Program-made: the position numbers and the translations under genes
Assembly: GCA_039028615.1 (NCBI GenBank)
Contig: JBCCHT010000027.1
Span: 64,001 to 128,000, forward strand
Length of the DNA stretch: 64,000 bases
Source: Myxococcota bacterium
Lineage (GTDB): Bacteria > Myxococcota_A > Polyangia > Nannocystales > Nannocystaceae
Direction: 5' to 3'
Shown here: positions 37,896-48,431 of the stretch, in pieces
Position numbering within the stretch: position 1 is the first letter of the stretch
How the letters are laid out: every line of letters starts with the position of its first letter
The notes under the pieces: generated by a model
Told to the model about the DNA's origin: nothing
The model's database searches: none
What the model saw: the letters and a program-made list of their open reading frames with translations, nothing else

Positions 37896-38729
37896 ATGCG
37901 CGTGCGCTCGCCGTTGCCGTGGCTCGGGCTGAGCCTGCTCATCGCATGCGGCGACGAGTGCGGGGACGTGACCCCGGCCGACACCGACCTGCCGAGCACG
38001 GGCATGACCGCGGCGTCGGTGGAGACGACCGCGGCGACGGGATTGCAGTGCTCGACGCCTCCGCCCGACGACGGCCAGTACGGCGCCTGCCCCGAGGGGT
38101 GTGAGGGCGGCGGTCAGTGCCTCAGTGATGGATCGAGCTGGGGCGTCTGCACGCGGGGATGCTTCGACGACTGCGACTGCTGGCCCGCGACGGGATCGAG
38201 CGGGGCGCGAGCGAGGTGCAGCACGACCGTGCTGCCGTCGGCTGGGGTTTGCGTGCTCGATTGCTCGGCGGGGCCGGCCTGCCCCGAGGGAACCGCCTGC
38301 GTGGAAGGGCTCGGCCTGTGCGCGCACGACTTCGTGGCGGGGCTCGACTCTTCGGGAACGGGCACGGATACGGAAGGCACGTCGAGCGGATCGGACTCTT
38401 CGGGCGGCGATACGGACTCGGGGAGCACGACCGACGAGGGGGGCAGCTCGAGCTCGGACTCCAGCAGCTCGGGCTCGACGGGAGGCTCCGATTCGGGGAC
38501 CAGCGCTTCGGGTTCTTCGGGCTCGAGTTCGGGGGGTTCGGACTCCGGGAGCTCCGACTCGGGAGGCTCGGAGTCATCGGGAAGCTCCGGCTCGTCGGGC
38601 TCCGGCTCGGGGGGAACTTCGGGAAGCTCGGGCGCCAGCTCGTCCGATTCGGGCTCGACGGGCTCCGAGTCGTCGAGTTCCGACGGCGGCACCACGGGCA
38701 CCACGGGCGGGTCGTCGGGCGGGACCTGA
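37896..38729 (+). CDS. Cys-rich lipoprotein with Ser/Gly-rich tail
   Basis: Lipobox LIA-C, Cys module, low-complexity tail of about 120 aa. Confidence 0.75.
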   Translation: MRVRSPLPWLGLSLLIACGDECGDVTPADTDLPSTGMTAASVETTAATGLQCSTPPPDDGQYGACPEGCEGGGQCLSDGSSWGVCTRGCFDDCDCWPATGSSGARARCSTTVLPSAGVCVLDCSAGPACPEGTACVEGLGLCAHDFVAGLDSSGTGTDTEGTSSGSDSSGGDTDSGSTTDEGGSSSSDSSSSGSTGGSDSGTSASGSSGSSSGGSDSGSSDSGGSESSGSSGSSGSGSGGTSGSSGASSSDSGSTGSESSSSDGGTTGTTGGSSGGT

Positions 38730-38771
38730 TCGCCGCTTGCATCGCGCAGCATCCCGAGCCAGCCTGCCCCC

Positions 38772-39899
38772 ATGCGAGGGTGGGCCCTGGGCGCGGCGAT
38801 GATGGTGAGCTGTGCCGAGCCTCGCACGGCCGAGCCACCCGCGGCTCCTTCACCCCCGGCCGCGGCGGCCGAACCCGAAACGCCCACGCCACCGCCGACT
38901 CCGGGCGGCTCCGCCGACGCATCGGCCCCCGAGGCTCCGGCCGACGTCGGCCACTCCCCCGCCGCTCCCGTCGAGCCATCGGTGCTCGAGCTTCCCGCAT
39001 CGCACTCGACCTCGCTGGGCAGCCCCACCGCGGGGCGCCTCGAGGGCGGCGTGGCGCTCCCCCTCGACGCGCCGGGCCTGCTTCGTTTGCCAAACAAAGA
39101 CCCGGAGTCCCGCTACGGCACGGTCGAGCTCGTCCAGGCGCTGGTGCGCGCGGCGGCGACGGTCGAGCACGACGACCCGGGCGCGCCCGTGTCCATCGGT
39201 GACCTGTCCCGGCCGCAGGGCGGTGACATCCGCGGGCACGCGTCGCACCGCAGCGGACGCGATGTCGACGTGCTGTTCTACCTGCTCCACGACGACGACA
39301 CGCCGTTCGTCCCCGCGAAGTTCATCCCGCTCGACCCCGAGGGCCGCGGCACCGACTACGGCGACCTGAGCGATCCCTCCGACGACGTGCCCGTGCACGT
39401 CGACGTGCCCCGAACTTGGCGCTTCGTGGCCGCCCTGCTCGCCGACGAAGCGGCGGCCGTGCAGCGCATCCTGATCGTCGAGCACCTCCGTAGCGCGCTG
39501 CTGGCCGAAGCCAAGCGCCAAGAGGCCCCCGCGAGCATCGTCCAGCGCTTCGCCGAGGTGACCTGCCAGCCTCGCTTTCCCCACGACGACCACATGCACA
39601 TCCGAGTGTTCTGCAGCGCCGAAGACATCCGCGCCGGCTGCGAAGACCCCAAGCCTCGGTTCCCGTGGCGCGTCTCCGCCCTCGCGGCAGAGGGCGTCGA
39701 GATGCTGGCCCCCGGCACGGGCAAGGCGATGGAGTCACCGACCGCGCCCGCCGAGAAGTCCAAATCCAAGCTCAAGCTCAAGACCATCGAGCAGGCGCGG
39801 GCCGAGGCCGGCCCCATGCACGAGGACGTGGTCGAGTTTCTCGATCGGCGCGAGGCGTGGGCACGCAAGCCGCATCCGGGGCGTCGGTGGTGTCGATGA
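38772..39899 (+). CDS. MepA-like (penicillin-insensitive murein endopeptidase, M74) lipoprotein
   Basis: GRLEGG, RYGT, GDLSRPQGG, HASHRSGRDVD, HDDHMHIR. Confidence 0.85.
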   Translation: MRGWALGAAMMVSCAEPRTAEPPAAPSPPAAAAEPETPTPPPTPGGSADASAPEAPADVGHSPAAPVEPSVLELPASHSTSLGSPTAGRLEGGVALPLDAPGLLRLPNKDPESRYGTVELVQALVRAAATVEHDDPGAPVSIGDLSRPQGGDIRGHASHRSGRDVDVLFYLLHDDDTPFVPAKFIPLDPEGRGTDYGDLSDPSDDVPVHVDVPRTWRFVAALLADEAAAVQRILIVEHLRSALLAEAKRQEAPASIVQRFAEVTCQPRFPHDDHMHIRVFCSAEDIRAGCEDPKPRFPWRVSALAAEGVEMLAPGTGKAMESPTAPAEKSKSKLKLKTIEQARAEAGPMHEDVVEFLDRREAWARKPHPGRRWCR

Positions 39900-42031
39900 T
39901 GAAGGCGCACGCAAAGGTCATCGCCCAGGCGCTGTCACGCAAGCCCCGGCAGGTCGAGGCCGTGCTCGAGCTGCTGGCGGGCGGCGCCACGGTGCCGTTC
40001 ATCGCCCGCTATCGCAAAGAAGCCACCGGTTCGCTCGATGAAGTCGCGGTGGCCGCGATTCGCGATCAACAGCAGGCGCTGGTCGAGCTCGACAAGCGTC
40101 GCGACGCGATCCTCTCGTCGTTGCGCGAACGAGGGCTGTGCACGCCCGCGCTCGAGCGACAGCTCGCCGCCGCGCAGACGCGAGCCGAGCTCGAAGACCT
40201 GTACCTCCCGCATCGACCCAAGCGACGGACCCGAGCCACCACGGCACGCGAGCGAGGCCTGCAACCCCTCGCCGATGCCATCCTGGCGCCAGATGGTCGC
40301 CGGATCGATGCCCGGCGCTTCGTCGACAAAACCAAAGGGGTCGACGATGTCGACGCCGCGCTCGCGGGCGCCCGGGACATCATCGCCGAGCGCATCAACG
40401 AAGACGCCGACGCCCGCGCTCAGTTGCGCACGATCTTCAGCCGCCAGGGCACGCTGCGTTCACGGGTGGTCAAGGCCAAGCAAGCGCAAGCCAGCAAGTT
40501 CCGCGACTACTTCCAATGGAGCGAGAGCCTGCGTCGGGCCCCCTCGCATCGGGTGCTCGCGGTCCTGCGCGGCAAGAACGAAGGGCTGCTCACCGTCACC
40601 GCGCGCCCGGAGGAACGCGACGCCATTGCTCGCCTGCGGCGACGCTTCGCCAGCGGGCAGGGCTTCGCGGGCAAGCAGGTCGACCTGGCGATCACCGACG
40701 CCTACAAGCGCCTGCTCATGCCTTCGCTGGAGCGCGAGGCGCTGTCGGAGGCCAAGGTCCGGGCCGATCGCCAGGCCATCGACGTCTTCGGCACCAACCT
40801 CCGCGAGGTCTTGATGGCCCCGCCGCTGGGGCCCAAGCCCGTGCTGGCCATCGACCCCGGCTTTCGTACCGGCTGCAAGGTGGCCGTGCTCGACGCCCAC
40901 GGGTCGTTGCTGCACCACACCACCGTGTTCGTGCATCAGTCGGGGCCGCGCCGCGAAGCCGCGGGACGTACGCTGGCCACCGCCTGCGAGCGCCACGGGG
41001 TGGAGGCCATCGCGGTCGGCAACGGCACCGCCGGGCGCGAGACCCAGCAGTTCGTCGAAGGCCTCGAGCTCGGCCTCCCGATCATCGCCGTCGACGAGAG
41101 CGGCGCCTCGATCTACAGCGCCAGCGAGGTCGCCCGCGAAGAACTCCCCGACCTCGATCTCACCGTGCGCGGGGCGATCTCGATCGGCCGCCGCCTGCAG
41201 GACCCGCTCGCCGAGCTGGTGAAGCTCGACCCCAAATCCATCGGCGTCGGTCAGTACCAGCACGATGTCGATCCCCGGGCCCTGGCCGAGCGCCTGGCCG
41301 ACACGATCCGCAGCGCCGTGAATGCGGTGGGCGTCGACCTCAACTCGGCCAGCGCGCAGCTGCTGGCCCACGTGGCCGGCCTGGGCGAGAAGCTGGCCGC
41401 GGCCATCGTGAAGCACCGCGCCAAGGCGGGGCCGTTTCGCGACCGCCGCTCGCTGACCGACGTGCCTCGGCTGGGCGCACGCGCGTTCGAGCAAGCGGCC
41501 GGGTTCCTGCGCATCCGCGATGCCGCCCACCCGCTCGACGGCAGCGCGGTGCACCCCGAGCGCTATGCCCTCGTGGAGCGCATGGCCCGGGATCAGAAGT
41601 GCTCGCTGAAGCAGTTGCTCGACGACCCGAGGCGGCGGGCCGCGATCGACATCGCAGCCTATGTCGACGACGAGGTCGGGCGCCCTACCCTCGAGGACAT
41701 CATGGCCGAGCTGGGCAAACCGGGGCGAGACCCACGGCCCGCATTCGAGGCGTTCAGCTTCGCCGACGTCCACGAGATCGGCGACCTGCGCCCGGGCATG
41801 GTGCTCCCGGGCATCGTCACCAACGTCACCAACTTCGGCGCCTTCGTGGACATCGGGGTGCACGACGACGGCTTGGTCCACATCAGCCAGCTCGCCGATC
41901 GCTTCGTGCGGGACCCCAACGAGGTGGTGCGGGTGCGTCAGCAGGTCATGGTGACGGTGGTCGACATCGACCTCGATCGCCGCCGGATCGGCCTGTCGAT
42001 GCGCTCGGACGCGGCCCCCAAAGCCGGCTGA
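39896..42031 (+). CDS. tex: Tex family transcription accessory protein (S1 domain)
   Basis: GATVPFIARYRKEATG, IDPGFRTGCK, RRLQDPLAELVK and S1 domain FGAFVDIGVHDDGLVHIS. Confidence 0.95.
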   Translation: MMKAHAKVIAQALSRKPRQVEAVLELLAGGATVPFIARYRKEATGSLDEVAVAAIRDQQQALVELDKRRDAILSSLRERGLCTPALERQLAAAQTRAELEDLYLPHRPKRRTRATTARERGLQPLADAILAPDGRRIDARRFVDKTKGVDDVDAALAGARDIIAERINEDADARAQLRTIFSRQGTLRSRVVKAKQAQASKFRDYFQWSESLRRAPSHRVLAVLRGKNEGLLTVTARPEERDAIARLRRRFASGQGFAGKQVDLAITDAYKRLLMPSLEREALSEAKVRADRQAIDVFGTNLREVLMAPPLGPKPVLAIDPGFRTGCKVAVLDAHGSLLHHTTVFVHQSGPRREAAGRTLATACERHGVEAIAVGNGTAGRETQQFVEGLELGLPIIAVDESGASIYSASEVAREELPDLDLTVRGAISIGRRLQDPLAELVKLDPKSIGVGQYQHDVDPRALAERLADTIRSAVNAVGVDLNSASAQLLAHVAGLGEKLAAAIVKHRAKAGPFRDRRSLTDVPRLGARAFEQAAGFLRIRDAAHPLDGSAVHPERYALVERMARDQKCSLKQLLDDPRRRAAIDIAAYVDDEVGRPTLEDIMAELGKPGRDPRPAFEAFSFADVHEIGDLRPGMVLPGIVTNVTNFGAFVDIGVHDDGLVHISQLADRFVRDPNEVVRVRQQVMVTVVDIDLDRRRIGLSMRSDAAPKAG

Positions 42032-42035
42032 GCGC

Positions 42036-42965
42036 TCAGCTCTCGTTCTCGAGGCCGGTCTCGAAGATCCGCCGCACGCTGACGTGCAGGCGACTTTGCA
42101 GGTCGCCCATCAGGCTGTCGAGCTCGTTCCCGCTGAGCTTGAGCCGGGCCATCATCAGATCACGGGTGCGCTCGAACAGCTGCCGCCGCGCGCCCTCGAC
42201 CCACCGAAACGCCGTCGCCCGGTGCACGTTGTAGAGCTTCGCCAGGTGGTCGGTGCTCAGGCCGTGGAGGTAGCGTTGACGCAGCAGGTTGCGCTGCCGC
42301 GGCGTCAGCCCCTCGAAGGCTTCCTTCATCGCATCGGGAAGCTGGGCACCGTGGATCCGCCGGATGTAGTCGAGCTCGGGGTCGGGGCCCGCCTGCGGCA
42401 TCGCGTCGAACACGTCGCTGCCCGAGCTCGCTTCGGCCGGGTCTTCACGCTGCCGCGCCAGGTCGAGCACCATGCGGACCGAGGTCACCCGGACCCAGCT
42501 CCGCAGCGCCCCACGACCGTTGTACGCATCGATCCGTGGCTGCTGCTCCGCCGTGCCGACGAATAGTTTTTCGCGCACGCGCTGGCGGAACTCGTCGCGG
42601 CTCGTCACCGCTCGCCCGCCTCGGGTCGCCGCCAGATCGAGATCGCCACCGAAACGCCGATCGAACACGGCCAGCGCCACCGACTGGCCCGCACCACATG
42701 CGCACGCGAGGTACAGATCGTCCACCCGCAGCTGATCGAGCATGTCGTCGGGCTCGAGTTCGGAATCGATTCGCGCCCCGAGGTAGGCCGCGAAACGCTC
42801 GGGCGGAACAGTGAAGCCCTCGGCCGAGTCTTCCGCCGCGGCGACCATGCTCTCGAGTCGCTCGCTCAAGCCGTCGAGGGCCTGGTAGCGCGCGTGCAGC
42901 GTGGGCGAGAGCGCCTCGATGAACGCTGCGCTGACCACGGAAGAGGGACTCACGGCGTCGACCAT
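42036..42965 (-). CDS. Myxococcales-type ECF-like sigma-70 factor (TIGR03001-like)
   Basis: DLYLACAC, YNGRGALRSWVRV, YNVHRATAFRW. Confidence 0.8.
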   Translation of the reverse strand: MVDAVSPSSVVSAAFIEALSPTLHARYQALDGLSERLESMVAAAEDSAEGFTVPPERFAAYLGARIDSELEPDDMLDQLRVDDLYLACACGAGQSVALAVFDRRFGGDLDLAATRGGRAVTSRDEFRQRVREKLFVGTAEQQPRIDAYNGRGALRSWVRVTSVRMVLDLARQREDPAEASSGSDVFDAMPQAGPDPELDYIRRIHGAQLPDAMKEAFEGLTPRQRNLLRQRYLHGLSTDHLAKLYNVHRATAFRWVEGARRQLFERTRDLMMARLKLSGNELDSLMGDLQSRLHVSVRRIFETGLENES

Positions 42966-43171
42966 ATCCGCGGGATGCGGTGGGATTGAAGAGCCATCGC
43001 ACCGGCCAGACGGTGACCGCGCCGAGCGTTCGCTACGCATGCGGTCGACTGGCCGATCCTTCAATGAGCCCCAGCAATCCGATAACAGCGTTTCAAACGA
43101 CCAGTGTAGTCCTTAGTGAGTTTAGCTCCGATATGTATGGAAACGTGTCCATGTGCGGTGTCCAATGATCG

Positions 43172-44254
43172 ATGATGGCCCGCCTCTCCGAGAAACCGAT
43201 GGCTCGCGCTCAGGCCCACCTCGCCGCAGGACGGTACGCGGAGGCGGTGGGCGGTTTCCGCGCGACACTGTGGATCGACCCCACGTTGGTGGGGGCCCAC
43301 GTCGGCCTGGCCCATGCGCTGGCGGGCCGAGGTCGACGTGGTGAAGCGGTCACCGGACTCGTGGCGGCGGCGGAGGCTTGTGCGGGGAGCCGGCGTCCGA
43401 CCGACGCGCTGTGCCTGTACGCGACAGCCTTGTCGCTCGAGCCCACGCGAGACGATCTGCACCTCGACATCGCGACGGTCGAGGAATCGATGGGTCGACA
43501 CGACGCGGCGGTCGAGCGCATCGAGGCCCTGGCGGAGCGCTACTTCGACGCGGGGCGCACCGAGGAGGCCATCGAGGTGCTGCGGTTCATGAGCAGCTGG
43601 ACCGCGGCAGAACCGTCGCGACCGATCGCGACGGCCGTGGAAGCTCCGGCCGCCAGCAGCGAAACGGTGATCTGCGCGACGGTCCTGCTGCGCCCGGACG
43701 GAACGCTGATGAAGGCCGCCCCCGCTCCGTCGCCCGAGCCCACCTGCGACGACCCCACGCTTCGGCGACGGCCTCCCGCTCGCCCCATGGCCCGCCGCCC
43801 TGCCCCGCAACCGCGGCGGGCCGCCACTCCGCCGCCCGTGCCCTCGTCCCGCCCGAAGGTCGGCGCGCGCCTGCCCGCCGCGCCGTCGCGGCCGATCTCG
43901 GCATCGCGGAGTGCGAGCGGACCCTTGCGACTGCCTTCCCGGACGCGCGCCGCATCCCGGGTGGCGAGTGGACCTTCGCGCGCAGCAAAGGGGCCGAGCG
44001 CACCGCGACGCGACGTCGGCTCGAGCGCAGTGACGCGCCGCCCCACGGCCCGCGTGGCGACCCCCGCCAAGCCCAGCGCATTGGCCGAGCGCCTCCGCCA
44101 GCGCGCCTCCATGGAACCCGGGGCAAAACGCCGCGCTCGTCCGGTCGAGGCGCGAGTGCGACCCGCGTACCCCGATGCCCAGGCGCCCATCGACGAGGAC
44201 GCGATCACGCTGTGCTTTCGGCGGTCGGATCTGATAAAGACCGCCGCCGTCTGA
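43172..44254 (+). CDS. TPR protein with Pro/Arg-rich disordered C-terminus
   Basis: N-terminal TPR-like helices followed by a low-complexity tail. Confidence 0.6.
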   Translation: MMARLSEKPMARAQAHLAAGRYAEAVGGFRATLWIDPTLVGAHVGLAHALAGRGRRGEAVTGLVAAAEACAGSRRPTDALCLYATALSLEPTRDDLHLDIATVEESMGRHDAAVERIEALAERYFDAGRTEEAIEVLRFMSSWTAAEPSRPIATAVEAPAASSETVICATVLLRPDGTLMKAAPAPSPEPTCDDPTLRRRPPARPMARRPAPQPRRAATPPPVPSSRPKVGARLPAAPSRPISASRSASGPLRLPSRTRAASRVASGPSRAAKGPSAPRRDVGSSAVTRRPTARVATPAKPSALAERLRQRASMEPGAKRRARPVEARVRPAYPDAQAPIDEDAITLCFRRSDLIKTAAV

Positions 44255-44256
44255 TC

Positions 44257-44850
44257 ATGCCCACTTGGACCTTCGTTCGTCACGGTCAGAGCGTCTCCAA
44301 CGTCGAAGGCTGGCTCGCCGGCCAATACGACAGCCCGCTGACCCGCCACGGGGAAGCGCAGGCCGTGGCCGCGCGAGACTCCTTGCCCCAGCCCGTACCC
44401 CCGCGCGCGTTTTGTTCGGATCTCACCCGAGCGCATCACACAGCGAAGCTCTTGCTGCAGGGACATGCGACGCCGTTGGTCGTGACGCCGAAACTGCGTG
44501 AACGCGGTCTGGGTGCATGGAGACGACGTACCGTGGCCGGACTGCGCGAGCAGGAACTCGACCACCTCAAGTCGTGGCGGGGCCAGCCTCCGGGCGGCGA
44601 GAGCTTGTTCGACGTCGCGCAGCGCGTGGCGGCCTGGGCCACGAGCGTCGACGACTCTTCGCAGCCGACGCTCGTCGTCGCCCACGGCGGGCTGATGAAG
44701 GCGATCTTTGCCGCGCTCGATGGACTGCCGCGCGACCAACTCGATCGGGGTCACCCGGACAACTGCCAGGCGGTGCAGCGCGACATCCCTGTGGGGCGCT
44801 GGGCCGAGGTGCTCGACGAGCTGCGACGCGAAGCGACCCAACCCGCCTAG
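44257..44850 (+). CDS. Histidine phosphatase (phosphoglycerate mutase family)
   Basis: FVRHGQS, SDLTRA, GGES, VAHGG. Confidence 0.9.
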   Translation: MPTWTFVRHGQSVSNVEGWLAGQYDSPLTRHGEAQAVAARDSLPQPVPPRAFCSDLTRAHHTAKLLLQGHATPLVVTPKLRERGLGAWRRRTVAGLREQELDHLKSWRGQPPGGESLFDVAQRVAAWATSVDDSSQPTLVVAHGGLMKAIFAALDGLPRDQLDRGHPDNCQAVQRDIPVGRWAEVLDELRREATQPA

Positions 44851-45007
44851 TGTGATGGGCGCGAGTGCGATGAGTCAGCAATCAGACTCACCACGACCGA
44901 GCGCGACGCTTCACCCTTCGGCGACCGGGTGCGGTACAACCGAAGGGTTATTCGTTCGCGCCGGATCGAGTTCGGCGTGCGCGGCACTTACGAAAGTTGA
45001 TCGAGCC

Positions 45008-46060
45008 ATGGCCCACTCTTTGCGTTGCTTCTGGTCGTTGTGTGCGACCGCGACCTTGTTCACCGCGTGCGGCGACGATGTACCGCCCGAAGTCACCGAG
45101 GTCACCACCCAGTCCACGCCCGACACCAGCGGCTCGACGACGGCAGGGTCCGGCGTCGACCTGCCCGACACCACCAGCGGGGGCATGACGCAAGGCGCCG
45201 AGGGGGACACCACCACCACGAGCGGGCCCTTCGACGACACCACCACCACCGACGTCGACCCCGACTCCAGCACCACCGATGGGCTGGACCCGGACACCGG
45301 CTCGAGCACCGACGAGGGGAGCACCTCGTCGTCGAGCAGCGAGGGCGAGACGGGCTCGGCCTGCGGCAGCATCGACCTCGGCTCGATGGTCCCCCACACC
45401 GAGCCCGGCACCACCGTCGGGGCGGGCGACGACTCCATGGCCAGCTGCGCGATCAAGGGCGGCAACGACGAAGACGTCATCTTCGAGTGGACCGCGCCCG
45501 ACGACGGTACCTACTCGTTCGACACCTTCGGCTCCTCGATCGACACCATCCTCACCCTGCACGAAATCTGCGACGGGCCCGAGCTCGACTGCAACGACGA
45601 CGCCCCCGAGGGCGGCATCCAGTCCTATCTCGAGCGCGAGATGCTGATGGGCGAGACGGTGTACATCATCGTCGACGGCTGGAACGAGGCGGGCGACTTC
45701 CTGCTCAACATCGACGTGATCGGGGGCGGCGCCACCAGCACCAGCACGGGCGGCGGCATGGCGGACCCGGGCTTCGGAGACTGCGCGACCATGGACCCGG
45801 GGGTCGTGTGCCTGCCCGACGAGGTCTGCCTCGTCGACGGCGCCGGACCGGCCGCAACCCTGGGCGTGTGCACGTCGACGAACTGCAACAGCGTGGCGGA
45901 CTGCCCCTCGGCCCCGGCGGGAGGGGACGCCCCCGTCGTCTGCGAGAACATCGACACCGATCCGAGCGAGGACGAGTGTGCGCTCGATTGTTCCGGGGGT
46001 CAGACCTGCCCGACGGGCATGAACTGCTTCGTGAACTTCATCTGCGTGTGGCCGGTCTGA
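45008..46060 (+). CDS. Lipoprotein with Thr/Ser linker, PPC-like domain and Cys-rich module
   Basis: Lipobox FTA-C, FDTFGSSIDT...CNDD...YIIVDG and a C-terminal Cys module. Confidence 0.78.
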   Translation: MAHSLRCFWSLCATATLFTACGDDVPPEVTEVTTQSTPDTSGSTTAGSGVDLPDTTSGGMTQGAEGDTTTTSGPFDDTTTTDVDPDSSTTDGLDPDTGSSTDEGSTSSSSSEGETGSACGSIDLGSMVPHTEPGTTVGAGDDSMASCAIKGGNDEDVIFEWTAPDDGTYSFDTFGSSIDTILTLHEICDGPELDCNDDAPEGGIQSYLEREMLMGETVYIIVDGWNEAGDFLLNIDVIGGGATSTSTGGGMADPGFGDCATMDPGVVCLPDEVCLVDGAGPAATLGVCTSTNCNSVADCPSAPAGGDAPVVCENIDTDPSEDECALDCSGGQTCPTGMNCFVNFICVWPV

Positions 46061-46076
46061 GCCGGACCCGGGCGTC

Positions 46077-47309
46077 TCAGCCGACGACCTGCTCGAGATA
46101 CTCGAGGTAACGCAGCGCGAGCGCGTCGCGGTCGTAGTGCTCGCGGGCGAACTTCATGCCTGCCTGACCCCGCCGCCGACGCTCTTCGGGATTGGCCTTG
46201 GCCTCGCGGATCGCCGCCGCGAGGGCGGCCGGCTCCTCGGGGGGTACGACCCAGCCCGCGCCCGCGTCGCGCAGCAACGCCTCGGCCTCCCCGGCCACGC
46301 CGAGCACGATGGGCCGCGCGCAGCCCATGATCTCGAACATCTTCGAGGGGATGACCTTCTCGAACAGCTCGGCCCGACGCAGGATCACCGCGACCAGATC
46401 GGAGGCCGCCATGAGCCCCGGGATCGAGTCGCGAGGCTGCTGCCCGAGGAAGCTGACGTTCTTCAGGCCCCGCGCCTTCGCATCGGCCACGAGGCGCTCT
46501 CGCTCCGCCCCCTCGCCCACCAGCAGCACGTGGATCTCCGGGTCGTCTTGCAGCAGCGCCGCCGCATCGACCAGCGTCTGGAGTCGCTGCGCCATGCCGT
46601 GGGTGCCCACGTACGAGACGATGAACTTCTCTTCCAGGCCGAGCGAGCGCCGGGTCTCGCCGTCGCGGGGGCCCGGCTGGAAGCGCCGCAGATCGACCCC
46701 GTTCTTGATGACGCGCATCTTGGCCGGGTCGACGCCCTGCTCCCGCCAGACCTCGCAGAACGAGTCGGTGACGCTGACCAGCATGTCCGCCTGCTGATAG
46801 AGGAACTGCTCGACCTGCTCGAGGCCCAGGACCAAGGGGTGCCGAGCCGACAGCGCGCCCACCTCGACCACCGACTGCGGCCACAGGTCGCGGATCTCGA
46901 GCACGAAGGGCACCCGCAGCACCCGACTGAGGACCCAGCCCGAGACCGCACACAAAAACTGTGGCGAGGTGGCGATGACCACGTCGGCCTTTCGCACCTC
47001 GCGATCGAGGGACCCCAAGAGCATCGAGGACGCGGCGAACGACAGGAACGCCACCGAGCGCCGCGCGACGCCCTTGTTCGGCGTGGCGTAGATGAAGGTG
47101 CGCAGGATGTCGACCGGGCCCCAGCGCTCGTGCTGCCGCACGCGCCCGCGATACTCCGGCGGCACGACCCCCGTGGGGTGGTTGGGAAAACCGGTGAGCA
47201 CCCGGACCTGATGGCCACGCTCGGCCCAGGCCCGTGCGAGCTCCGAGACCCGAGCCGCGGGGGCTCCCATCTCCGGGGGGAAGTACTGCGAGACGTAGAG
47301 GATCTTCAC
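46077..47309 (-). CDS. Glycosyltransferase family 4 (WbuB-like)
   Basis: YFPPEMGAPA, EIRDLWP, NGVD, PSKMFE. Confidence 0.92.
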   Translation of the reverse strand: MKILYVSQYFPPEMGAPAARVSELARAWAERGHQVRVLTGFPNHPTGVVPPEYRGRVRQHERWGPVDILRTFIYATPNKGVARRSVAFLSFAASSMLLGSLDREVRKADVVIATSPQFLCAVSGWVLSRVLRVPFVLEIRDLWPQSVVEVGALSARHPLVLGLEQVEQFLYQQADMLVSVTDSFCEVWREQGVDPAKMRVIKNGVDLRRFQPGPRDGETRRSLGLEEKFIVSYVGTHGMAQRLQTLVDAAALLQDDPEIHVLLVGEGAERERLVADAKARGLKNVSFLGQQPRDSIPGLMAASDLVAVILRRAELFEKVIPSKMFEIMGCARPIVLGVAGEAEALLRDAGAGWVVPPEEPAALAAAIREAKANPEERRRRGQAGMKFAREHYDRDALALRYLEYLEQVVG

Positions 47310-47418
47310 GGGGCGCGAGGCGCCAGATTACCCCCAAAGCGGGCCCCGGGTGGCCGCGCGACGCGATGAGGTCGCGCGACCCCGTGCTCGGGCCAATGCG
47401 CCCTCGGAGGACCGAAGG

Positions 47419-47742
47419 CTAGGCGCTGGCGTGGCGCGATGCCTGCGGCCGTGACAGCTGACGGTTCAGCCGCCGCACCACCCGGTGCGCCGCTTCGTCG
47501 ATGGCATCACGCAGGCTCTCGGCCATGCTGTGGGCCCGTACCTGGCCGCCGCGACTGAGCGTCACGTCGACCTGACAGCGCTTGTCCACGCCCCCGCGCG
47601 GACCATTGACGTCGTCGAACTTGACGTCGATGCGGCGTATTCGGGATGCGAAGCGACCCAAGGCGAAGTCGAGTCGTCGGCGCACCAAGTGTTCGAGTTG
47701 ATCCGAGAGAAAAAGATTGTGACCGCGTACGGCGAGCTCCAT
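47419..47742 (-). CDS. HPF/RaiA family ribosome-associated protein
   Basis: RRLDFALGRF...DVNGPRGGVDKRC; AGGAG RBS. Confidence 0.85.
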   Translation of the reverse strand: MELAVRGHNLFLSDQLEHLVRRRLDFALGRFASRIRRIDVKFDDVNGPRGGVDKRCQVDVTLSRGGQVRAHSMAESLRDAIDEAAHRVVRRLNRQLSRPQASRHASA

Positions 47743-47952
47743 GCACTCTCCTATCGGGATGGGCCCTGTGTGTTGGGAGGCCCATCTTCAGCATGGCTCA
47801 ACCTGCGCCGATGTCTGCCATTCCGGGACGAGAATTTGCTCGAAACGCAAAAAATTATGGCAGGCGTCCCAACCCGCGACACGATGTCATGGAGGGTGGG
47901 GGCGGGCCTGCCACCGTGTCGGAAATTACGGCAATCGTAGGGGGAACAAATC

Positions 47953-47977
47953 GAGCCCCGGGAGGTTCCCGGGGCTC
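47953..47977 (-). terminator. Intrinsic terminator after the CglF-like gene
   Basis: 11-bp stem gagccccggga/tcccggggctc, then GATTTGTT on the minus strand. Confidence 0.65.
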
Positions 47978-47992
47978 CGCTCCTGGTTCCCG

Positions 47993-48268
47993 CTACACGT
48001 CGCGCGCGAGCGTGATCAGCTCGGGGAGGAAGTGTCCCCGCAGGCTGATCAAGCTGACGTGACGCGGCGGCTGCCTCCAGGGGATCAGATCGCCGTCGGG
48101 GGTGAGGTGCTCGCCGGTCAGCTCCTCGTCGGCGAACTCGTACACGGAGGTCTCCCCCTCGGTACCGACCCGGGCCGCCGCATCGGCGTCCTCGTTGTTG
48201 TCGGCGGGGGCTTCGGCGGGGGGAGCCACCATGAAGGTGGCGGACAGCAGCAAGGATAGGGTGCTCAT
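47993..48268 (-). CDS. CglF/GltF-like small exported protein (gliding-motility family)
   Basis: Signal peptide, then YEFADEELTGEHLTPDG...RHVSLISLRGHFLPEL, which matches the CglF pattern as I recall it. Confidence 0.7.
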   Translation of the reverse strand: MSTLSLLLSATFMVAPPAEAPADNNEDADAAARVGTEGETSVYEFADEELTGEHLTPDGDLIPWRQPPRHVSLISLRGHFLPELITLARDV

Positions 48269-48431
48269 CGGTTCGTGCCTCTCGTGGGTTCGGGTGCCAG
48301 GGGCGGAGGGCGAGACCGGCAAGCCTCCTGCTCACCGTGTCGCCCGCCGCTTCACCTTGGTCCTTGGCCAGCTCCCCGAGTTTCCGTGAACTGATGACGA
48401 ACTTTTTCAGCACGCGCCGATTTTGGCCTAG

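Noticed and set aside
38345..38729. Ser/Gly low-complexity DNA as a repeat element
   Set aside because: It is a coding linker or tail of a lipoprotein, common in these organisms.
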